A stretch of DNA of 64,000 nt, from positions 225,308,001 through 225,372,000 of the forward strand of contig OZ024742.1 in assembly GCA_964016885.1 (NCBI GenBank). The letters run 5' to 3'. Shown here in pieces: positions 55,112 to 64,000 of the stretch; the stretch's first letter is position 1, and each line of letters opens with the position of its first letter. Made by a program: the position numbers and the translations under genes. The notes under the pieces were generated by a model. It did not search any database, was not told the origin of the DNA, and saw nothing but the letters and a program-made list of their open reading frames with translations. The DNA comes from Eledone cirrhosa (Eukaryota).

Positions 55112-57433
55112 GTTTGCATACCACAGCAAATAGATGACGAGACGGAGGCACAGTTCACCATAGCTAGAAATAAGATTAGACAAGTAGTAGACAGGTACAC
55201 TATGAGACAGAGCAGACCAGAGGCCCAACAACTTGGGATAAAACCTGTAGAAGGCTTGGTTAGCCTCAAGCAGCGCACAAGGGATGGTGAGGTAGTGTGT
55301 CTACCCACAGATAAGTCTGGTAGGATGTCAATAGATAGCATGCCGAACTACATCGAGGCAATGCAACCCCACATCACCAACACGAGCGAAGTTGCACAAC
55401 TAACACACGATGGGAGAGAAAAAATCCTCAACGCTCACATGATGATGTGGACTGACATCCTAAAGCCAAGCAGACGCACTGCCAACAACTTCCAGGCGTC
55501 TAACAATGGCATACCACCCTTGTATGGGCTCCGCAAAGACCACAAGACAGTCGACGACCCGACAACAGGACCACCAACAAGACCCGTATGCGGAGCTAAT
55601 ATAGCTAGCAACTACAGGATCTCCTACTTCCTCTCAATGGTTATACGCCCCATAATCAAGATGTCCCCAGATGTATGTGAAAGTACAGAGGACCTCCTCA
55701 GCAGAATCAGTGAGTGCAACAAAAACAGGAGCCTATCCAACTGCATAATAGGCAGCATGGATGTGGTGTCACTGTACCCATCCATTAACATTGATTTTGC
55801 TGTGAAAAGATGTGTGGAGATGATCATTGAGAGTGATGTGGAGTTCTGCGACGTCGACACAGACGAACTGGGCCTCCTACTTAGACTTACCTACGACACT
55901 GACTACCTAGACAGCCATGACCTTAGATGTTTCTGCCCTAGTAGACCTATAAGAGGTAGACCCCCCACCATAACCTCAATGGCTAAAAAGACTCCCATAG
56001 GAAGGTGGATTGGGTGGACCAAAGCTATACGGACCCCCCAAAACACTGATCAGGTAAGAAAAATGGTCGCACATGCAATAGGGGCTAGTATCAAAACTAC
56101 CCTAAAGGGCCACATATTTAAGTTCAATGAGAAAATCTACACCCAAAATGAGGGAGCAGCCATCGGCGTCAGCATAGCTGGTGATGTTGCCAACCTTTTC
56201 ATGGTATGGTGGGAAAGGAGACTTAAAGATCTCCTCCTTAATGAAAGCTCCATAGACCTCATCATGTACTCTCGTTATGTAGACGATATCAATATAGTTA
56301 TAAGAACACCCCCACTAGAGAGCACTAACAAGTTTGATTTAGAACGTAGCACGATGGAAAGCATCCAGCAGATAGCTAATTCCATACACCAGAGTATAAC
56401 TGTAACTATAGACTTCCCTTCCAAACACCCTAACAATAGACTACCTGTATTAGACACAGAACTCTGGATTAACACTATAGACGAGAGAGCCCAAATTCTC
56501 CACTCACACTATGCTAAACCCATGGCCTCCAAATACCTGATACTCAAAAACTCAGCAATGTCCAGTAGTGCTAAGTTTAATATTCTGATCGCAGATTTGG
56601 TACGAGTGATGAAGAATGTGTCCAGCATGTGCGACCCAACAGAAATGGAAGGACACATCCAACACTTCATCAACCGCATGCAGTTCTCTGGCTACAACCA
56701 AAGAGACAGAGTCAGAGTATACGAAGGAGCCATGGAAAAGTATAAGACCCTCATAGAACTGGACATGAAAGGAATTTGCCCACTATACAGGAGCAAATCA
56801 TGGAATAGCTTAGATAGGGCTAGACATAAGATAGGGAAGGCCACATCATGGTACGACAACCAGAGATATCAGAGTGTCATGTTTGTGGACGCCACCCCTG
56901 GAGGGAAATTAGCTAACCAGTGTAGAAAGGCCCTGAGAAAGACCCACTTAAAAATAAAGGTGGTAGAAAAGCCAGGAACCACCATAAAATCCCTGATCAG
57001 CAAAACCTACCCTTTTAAGAAAACCCACTGTACCAATAGGAAATGTATCATATGTAAGGTGAACCCCCGGATAAACTGTAAAACTAGAAACGTAGTCTAT
57101 AGCATAAGATGTACAGAGGGTACTTGCAGAAACACGACAACAACATACATAGGTGAGACAGCTCGTAGCATAGGTGAAAGGATAGACCAACACTGGGGGG
57201 AACTAAAAGGACGAAAAAACGGGTCAGTACTATACGAACATGCTAGACAACAACATGACGGTAACATAGACAACATAGAAATTAGAATAATATCTAAACA
57301 TAGGAATAACCCAGCAGATAGGCAAATCAGAGAGGCCAGTGAAATAGAAATTAGAAGACCAAAGCTAAACAGAAAGAATGAGTGGAACAACAACAACACC
57401 CAAACAAACAACACTGACCTAAGAGAAGTATAA
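55112..57433 (+). CDS. Penelope-like element RT + C-terminal GIY-YIG endonuclease, 773 uninterrupted codons, 5'-truncated
   Basis: [38 protein letters not shown]; CxxxxCxxC linker; NVVY...YIGETAR...H...H...E...LNRKNE. The upstream part of the listed ORF is microsatellite. Confidence 0.92.
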   Translation, partial: VCIPQQIDDETEAQFTIARNKIRQVVDRYTMRQSRPEAQQLGIKPVEGLVSLKQRTRDGEVVCLPTDKSGRMSIDSMPNYIEAMQPHITNTSEVAQLTHDGREKILNAHMMMWTDILKPSRRTANNFQASNNGIPPLYGLRKDHKTVDDPTTGPPTRPVCGANIASNYRISYFLSMVIRPIIKMSPDVCESTEDLLSRISECNKNRSLSNCIIGSMDVVSLYPSINIDFAVKRCVEMIIESDVEFCDVDTDELGLLLRLTYDTDYLDSHDLRCFCPSRPIRGRPPTITSMAKKTPIGRWIGWTKAIRTPQNTDQVRKMVAHAIGASIKTTLKGHIFKFNEKIYTQNEGAAIGVSIAGDVANLFMVWWERRLKDLLLNESSIDLIMYSRYVDDINIVIRTPPLESTNKFDLERSTMESIQQIANSIHQSITVTIDFPSKHPNNRLPVLDTELWINTIDERAQILHSHYAKPMASKYLILKNSAMSSSAKFNILIADLVRVMKNVSSMCDPTEMEGHIQHFINRMQFSGYNQRDRVRVYEGAMEKYKTLIELDMKGICPLYRSKSWNSLDRARHKIGKATSWYDNQRYQSVMFVDATPGGKLANQCRKALRKTHLKIKVVEKPGTTIKSLISKTYPFKKTHCTNRKCIICKVNPRINCKTRNVVYSIRCTEGTCRNTTTTYIGETARSIGERIDQHWGELKGRKNGSVLYEHARQQHDGNIDNIEIRIISKHRNNPADRQIREASEIEIRRPKLNRKNEWNNNNTQTNNTDLREV

Positions 57434-57709
57434 ATAAATAAGTAAATTAAATTAAATAAATAAAATAAGATAAATAAATACATACACAAGCACATAAACA
57501 CACACTAGTCACCCAGCAGACACAACACTATACACACTAGTCACACATCACACATAACACTATACACACACGCAAACGCATGCGCAAAGAAGACAAAATA
57601 AAATAAGATAAACAAACAAGCAAATAAATAAATAAATATATAGACAGACTGAACAAAAAAAAAAAATGGCGTAGACATACAACACAACAGGAGGAACAAT
57701 GAATATAAC

Positions 57710-57750
57710 ACCACTGACGATGTTGCAGATGTGCAACGAAAGATTTATGT
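57710..57750 (+). ncRNA. Hammerhead-like core in the PLE 3' pLTR
   Basis: CTGACGA-tGTTGCA(GATG)TGCAAC-GAAA-GATT-TA; stems I and III are weak. Confidence 0.65.
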
Positions 57751-57969
57751 AAATTATGTAAACTATATATATATGTGTTTGTCTATATTGTATCTGTATT
57801 ATTTTTGACCGCCGGTCAGTCAATGGCAACATTGAGGACCGAGTAAGTTAGATCGCAGATATATATATATAAAAGACAGCGAGAAGCGAAAACCAACCAA
57901 ACAGTGAGTGTGTTCTGTTATTAATTCTGGCAATATTACGCAAATATGACCCTCCCCAAATATAACAAT

Positions 57970-58420
57970 ATATACATATGTGTATATATATGTATATATA
58001 TACATATGTGTATATATATATGTATATATATATGTGTATATATATATGTATATATATACATATGTGTATATATACATGTGTATATATATATGTATATATA
58101 TGCGTATATATATATATGTGTATATATATATGTATATATATACATATGTGTATATATACATGTGTATATATATATGTATATATATGCGTATATATATATA
58201 TATATGTATATATATGCGTATATATATATATATGTATATATATATGTGTATATATATACATATGTGTATATATGTATATATATACATATGTGTATATATA
58301 TATGTATATATATACATATGTGTATATATGTATATATATACATATGTGTATATATATATGTATATATATACATATGTGTATATATATATGTATATATATA
58401 CATGTGTATATATATATGTG

Positions 58421-58451
<31 letters not shown>

Positions 58452-58496
58452 GTATATATATACATATGTGTATATATATATGTATATATATATATA
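57970..58496. repeat. Compound TA/TG/CA microsatellite
   Basis: Directly visible. Confidence 0.95.
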
Positions 58497-58890
58497 TCAT
58501 CATCATCATCATCATCATCAGCGTTTAACGTCCGTGTTCCACGCTTGCATGGGTTTGGACGGGGGTAGTCCCACTTGAGGCAAGAGTGATTGTCTTGCTC
58601 GCATAGGACTGTCTGGCAGGTTTTCTACAGTTGGATGCCCTTCCTAACACCAACCACATTTACAGTGTGGGTCTGGGAGGTTTTTACCGTGTTGCCTACA
58701 CGGCCACATTACAGCGTGGACTGTGTGTTTTTTTGTCGTGACACCTACACGATCTCATTTGTTTCGGCCTCGATGGCGCGGCACCAACATAACTTTACAT
58801 AGAACGGGGTGGTGTGGATCGGGTGGGGGTGGTGGGACGGGGTGTATTTGTTAGAGATGCCTACTGGCTGGAGTAGGTTTTACTATATAT

Positions 58891-60933
58891 TTAGGTAAGG
58901 CGGGTCTTCTCTGTTACTGAGTACCGCCAAAGGTCTCGGTCCAGTGACATTGTCTTGGAGAGGTGTAAGTGTGTGATGTCGGAGTTTATCAGCTTGTCCC
59001 AGGTTTTTCTAGGTCTGCCTATTCCGTGACTACCGTCTATCTTTATTGCCCTGCACTTTGTTATACAGCTATCGACTTTCATGCGCATCACGTGTCCATA
59101 CCAACGTAGCCTTCTCTCGAGTAAACAACATCTGATCCCTCTTATCTCTAATTTATTCCTTAGTTCGTTTATGCTTTGCCGTTCACGTATATTACTGTTA
59201 CACATCCAGCGGAGCATGCAAGCTTCGTTCCTCTCTAGTCTGCGTATATCCTCTGCACACAATGCCCAGGTCTCACTGCCATGCAGCATTGCTGTTCGTA
59301 TGCAGGCATCGTACAACCTGCCTTTCATTTTTAGTGAGAACCCTTTAGCAGCTAATAGTGGTATAAGCTCTCTGAACTTTTTCCAACCAGTTCTGACTCT
59401 AGCTACAGTACTTTCAGAGCACCCTCCCCCACTGCTGATTTTATCGCCCAGGTAACGGAAGCTGTCCACTATTTCTATAGAACCCTCTGCGCAATTGAAA
59501 GAGCTAGTAGTTTGTGGGCACTTGCTGCTACTTATTGCACCAGAGCACCGGCCACATGTAAAATCTATGTTCTTAGTTAGCCTACCTGTGATCCCACTAC
59601 ATCTTTTATGCACCCATACTTTGCATTTAGGACATAAAATGGAGTTTCTACCTACGCCTTTCCTACACACCGAGCACGACCATTTCCCAGAAGGGACCGC
59701 CGCCTTGTTTTCTTTCCTACAAACTAGTACTTTGGTCTTAGCCAGGTTAATTTTAAGTCCTTTTGACTCTAGGCCGTGCTTCCATGTTTGGAATTTCTTC
59801 TCTAGCTCGGCCATTGATTCCGCTATGAGTGTCAGGTCGTCTGCGTATAGGAGTTCCCATGGGCAGCCTGTCTTGAACTCCTCTGTTATGGCCTGAAGGG
59901 CAATAATAAATAGTAGTGGACTGAGAACAGAGCCCTGATGGACGCCGACTTTTACGCTAAACTCTTCACTATATTCGTTGTTAATTCTAACCTTGCTGAC
60001 TGTTTCTTTATACATGGCTTGTATAGCCCTCACAAGCCATTCGTCAACGCCTAGTTTTCTAAGAGCCCACCAGATAATGGAGCGGGGGACTCTGTCGAAG
60101 GCTTTCTCCAAGTCGACAAAAGCTAAGTAGAGGGGTTTACCTTTAGCTAGGTACTTCTCTTGTAGTTGTCGTACTATGAAAAGAGCGTCTGTGGTACTTT
60201 TGCCTGACACAAACCCGAACTGCATTTCATCTAGGTCAATTCTCTCTCTGATTAGTTGCGCTATTACTCTTTCCGTGACCTTCATGACCTGGTCGATTAA
60301 TTTAATGCCTCTATAGTTACTCCTATCTAGGGCGTCTCCTTTACCCTTATAACAGTTAACGATGATGCTGCTATGCCAGTCCTTCGGAACAACCCCGTTT
60401 TGTACGACTTGGTTAACTATGCGGGTGACCATGGTGTGTCCCACCGTGCCAGATGCCTTCAGCATCTCAGCAACTATTTCCGAAGGCCCAGCCGCCTTAC
60501 CAGTCTTCATATCCTTGATTGCCTTACTTATTATACTCCCCTCGACTAACACTGCTGGTCCCTCTATTGGGTCGATATGGGGGAGACTGCCTTTCTCCCA
60601 ATTATTCTCCTCATTTAGAAGCCTTTCATAGTGACACTTCCAAGCTACCTTCTTATCAGCGTCGGTGATGGCAAGTGTGCCATCGTCGTTTAGTACACAC
60701 TTCTCCCCGACAATATCACGGTTTTCCTTGACGCATTGCCTAGCAATCCTGAACACCTCACGTTTTTGGTCATCGCGTTGTAGAACATGCTTGAACTTTC
60801 TTTCCTCAGCTTCCCTTCTTGCTAAGTACACTTGTCTCCTAGCTTCCCTCCTGGCCACTTGATAGTCCTCTCTACTTCCCCCATCCCGCCATACTTTCCA
60901 AGCCTGCTTTTTGGCCTTAATTGACCCCTCCAC
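58891..60933 (-). CDS. RTE LINE reverse transcriptase, open frame, 5'-truncated (element 58497-61016)
   Basis: KAAGP, YRGIKL, QFGF, DLEKAFD, GVHQGSVLSP, LYADD, PHD-like insert, RLRWYGHVMR; (CAT)n tail at 58498-58519. Confidence 0.93.
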   Translation of the reverse strand: MEGSIKAKKQAWKVWRDGGSREDYQVARREARRQVYLARREAEERKFKHVLQRDDQKREVFRIARQCVKENRDIVGEKCVLNDDGTLAITDADKKVAWKCHYERLLNEENNWEKGSLPHIDPIEGPAVLVEGSIISKAIKDMKTGKAAGPSEIVAEMLKASGTVGHTMVTRIVNQVVQNGVVPKDWHSSIIVNCYKGKGDALDRSNYRGIKLIDQVMKVTERVIAQLIRERIDLDEMQFGFVSGKSTTDALFIVRQLQEKYLAKGKPLYLAFVDLEKAFDRVPRSIIWWALRKLGVDEWLVRAIQAMYKETVSKVRINNEYSEEFSVKVGVHQGSVLSPLLFIIALQAITEEFKTGCPWELLYADDLTLIAESMAELEKKFQTWKHGLESKGLKINLAKTKVLVCRKENKAAVPSGKWSCSVCRKGVGRNSILCPKCKVWVHKRCSGITGRLTKNIDFTCGRCSGAISSSKCPQTTSSFNCAEGSIEIVDSFRYLGDKISSGGGCSESTVARVRTGWKKFRELIPLLAAKGFSLKMKGRLYDACIRTAMLHGSETWALCAEDIRRLERNEACMLRWMCNSNIRERQSINELRNKLEIRGIRCCLLERRLRWYGHVMRMKVDSCITKCRAIKIDGSHGIGRPRKTWDKLINSDITHLHLSKTMSLDRDLWRYSVTEKTRLT

Positions 60934-61526
60934 CTTACTGTTCCTGCTTTTTGGCCTTAATTGACCCCTCCACCTTACTGTTCCTGCTTTTTGGCCTTAA
61001 TTGACCCCTCCACCTTATGTGTATATATATATGTATATATATACATATGTGTATATATATATGTATATATATACATATGTGTATATATATGTATGTATAT
61101 ATATGTGTATATATATATGATTTTGATGATTTTGATTTTGATTTTGTATCAGTACTGTCGGTAATATATGTATATATATATGTGTGTTTGTGAGTGGTGT
61201 GTGTGATTGTATGCATGAATGAGTGTTGGTATGTGAGTGGCGTGTGTGTGGTTGTGGTTTGTATGCATGAGTGTTGGTGTGTGAGTGTTTGTGTGTGTGT
61301 CGTGTCAATAAGTTTTTTTTTTTTGTTTTTTTTTTACCATGCTGTAAAATGGAGGGGTAGAGAGGGCCCTTGAGTCTAGTAAGACATCCTCTCTAGTGCT
61401 GGTGGCACAAATAAAAGCACCCAGTCCATGCTGTAAAGTGGCGCTGGTGTTAGGAAGGGCATCCAACCAGTGTATCAATGCCAAAACGCTTATCAGCACA
61501 GCAACAAATAGGAACAACAACAAAAT

Positions 61527-64000
61527 ATGAAGACGTCGCGTCTCAGAGTTGCAACACTTAATGTTGGCACTCTCAGAGGTAGATCTGCTGACATAGCGGA
61601 GATGCTGGAGAGAAGGCAGGTGGATGTGTGCTGCATGCAAGAGGTGAGATGGAGAGGTGCTTCTGCGAGACTAGTCGTAGGCAAGCGTCTTAGCTATAAG
61701 CTATTCTGGGTAGGTAAGGATGATGGGCTAGGGGGAGTAGGCATTTTCCTGGCTGAGAAATGGATCAATAAGACAATAGAGGTAGTTCGAGTTAGTAATC
61801 GAATAATTAAGCTTAGATTAGTTGTAGGTAGGAGTCTACTGACAATTATCTCGGCCTATGCTCCCCAAGCAGGCCTAGGCAAAGATGAGAAAGACTGCTT
61901 TTATGAGCAACTTTTGCAAACAACCGCAATGACAGAGGACGGAGACATCGTTATGCTAGCAGGAGATTTCAATGGTCATGTTGGACAGCTCCAGGATGGT
62001 TACACTGGGGTACATGGTGGGCACGGTTACGGTTCAAGAAATGAAGAAGGAGTGAGACTTCTTGAATTTTGTGATGCGGGTACATTGACTATTTGCAACA
62101 CAAACTTCCAGAAACCTGCCAATCACTTAATAACCTACAAATCTGGTGAGCACATAAGCCAGATTGACTTCCTGCTAGTTAGGCAGCGGGACAGGCAGAT
62201 AGTGTCTAATACCAAGGCATACTCTGGGGAAGAATGTACCCCACAGCATAGGTTAGTTGTTAGTGATATCTCAGTAAGCAAGAGATGGAATGAGACATAT
62301 AGGAAGGTGTGGAGAAGAAAGGTCTGGAAGATAAAAGACCTTTCATTAAAATACAAATTTAGGAAAGCCCTTCAAGATGTATATGACGAAAAAGAAGACG
62401 ATTTAGAGACGGATGACATAGATAATAACTGGAATTTCTTACGTGACAACTTGCTGCAGGCTACTGATGAAACCTGTGGCTGGAGCAGAGATCCAACCAG
62501 ACAGAGAGTGACCTGGTGGTGGAACAGCACAGTAGATAATGCTATTAGAGACAAAAGACTAGCATGGAAGGCTTGGAAAAAGGGTGGGAGTAGGGAAGAA
62601 TATACAGCCACTAAGAGAGAAGCTAGACGTCAGGTGTACTTAGCACGCAGGGAGGCAGAGAGTAGGAGGTTTGCCAATGTTCTGCGACGGGAAGATCAGA
62701 GGCGTGCGGTGTTCAACATTGCAAGGCAGTGTGTCAATGCAAATCAGGATGTTGTTGGAGATAAATGTGTCCGGGATGATGCCGGTGTACTTAGTGTCAC
62801 GAATGATCAGAAAAAGGAGGCCTGGAAATGTCATTATGAGAGACTGATGAATGTGGAGAACGAATGGGAGAGAGAGAAATTACCCTTGGTAGATCCGACA
62901 GAGGGACCAGCTATTGAGATTGACGAATATAGGGTCCAAGAGGCGATTAAGGAAATGAAAAATGGTAAGGCTGCCGGACCATCGAGAATAGTTGCTGAGA
63001 TGCTGAAGGCATCAGGGGACGTAGGCACTAAACTGGTTGCACGCATCATCAATCAGGCTATATATGGTGGTGTCATACCCAAAGACTGGTGCCGCAGTAT
63101 TCTCATAAATTGCTACAAAGGTAAAGGGGATGCTTTGGAGAGGAGCAATTATAGGGGTATAAAACTGATAGATCAGGTTATGAAAGTGGCAGAAAGGATT
63201 TTAGCACAACTAATTAGAGAAAGGGTCAAACTAGATGAGATGCAGTTTGGTTTTGTGCCTGGGAAGAGTACAACAGATGCCCTCTTCTTGGTGAGACAAT
63301 TGCAAGAGAGGTTCTTAGAGAAGAATAAGCCACTATACTTAGCCTTTGTTGACCTAGAGAAGGCCTTTGATAGGGTACCCCGATCTGTCATCTGGTGGTC
63401 CCTAAGGAAGCTAGGTGTTGAGGAATGGCTTGTGAGGACAGTGCAAACTTTGTACAGAGGTACTCTCAGTAAAGTCAGGGTAGGAATGGAGTTTAGTGAG
63501 GAATTCCAGATACAAGTATGAGTACATCAAGGTTCGGTCCTCAGCCCACTCTTGTTTATTATAGTCCTCCAAGCCATAACAGAGGAGTTTAAGACTGGCT
63601 GTCCATGGGAACTTCTCTATGCTGACGATCTGGTTCTTATAGCAGAATCAGTAGAGGAGCTAGAGAATAAATTCTGGCTATGGAAACAGCAGTTGGAAGC
63701 AAGAGGACTGAGAGTGAATCTAGCTAAGACAAAAGTGTTGATGAGTAGAAAAGAGGACAAAACCCTGATTCCATCAGGGAAATGGCCATATTCGATATGC
63801 AGAAAAGGAACTGGCATAAATTCTATAAAATGCACACAATGCACATCCTGGGTACACAAGAGATGTAGCAGGATAGCAGGCAAACTAACAGGTAGGGAGA
63901 AATATGTATGCAGTAGATGTACAGGGAAATTAGACAGTAGAAGTCGCACTGATAGACACATTTTTCAAATGCAAGAGGGCGCTATAGAAGTGGTGGATAG
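61527..64000 (+). pseudogene. Near full-length RTE LINE ORF (APE endonuclease + RT), one stop at 63519-63521, runs off the window
   Basis: ATLNV, QEVR, YAPQ, GDFNGHVG, QIDF, QHR (APE); RT motifs continue in frame after the TGA (VHQGSVLSP, LYADD). Confidence 0.93.

Noticed and set aside
52370-55341. 700-950-aa ORFs rich in Y/I/C/V/M/H/T
   Set aside because: Translations of TA/TG microsatellite, which lacks stop codons; only 55112-57433 is real coding sequence.
63519-63521. In-frame TGA in the RTE ORF as programmed readthrough or Sec
   Set aside because: It replaces the Gly of GVHQG (GGA to TGA); the other copies have Gly, so it is a simple nonsense mutation.

Overview
AT-rich eukaryotic genomic DNA, almost entirely transposon- and microsatellite-derived. 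The mix of (TA)n/(CA)n tracts, tRNA-derived SINEs, RTE LINEs with (GAT)n tails and Penelope-like elements suggests an invertebrate, most likely a cephalopod such as Octopus (inference). No host gene is confidently recognisable, and most long ORFs in the track are microsatellite artefacts. Identified elements: Penelope-like elements (PLEs; one 773-codon RT+GIY-YIG ORF plus several fragments), RTE LINEs, CRE-like and R4-like LINE fragments, a decayed Helitron, Tc1/mariner, hAT- and piggyBac-like MITEs, and a 48-bp minisatellite. The main hidden signal is non-coding. About 20 minimal type I hammerhead ribozyme cores from roughly a dozen sequence-distinct families lie in short palindromic or tandem units embedded in (TA)n. 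In several families a second, covarying bulged hairpin (RCUC-NNN-loop-NNN-UH-GAGY-RCU) follows 40-80 nt downstream of the cleavage site. Also notable are a PHD-like C4HC3 finger inside the RTE reverse transcriptase and an in-frame TGA at a conserved Cys of one PLE. Element boundaries were read by eye and are approximate unless termini are quoted.
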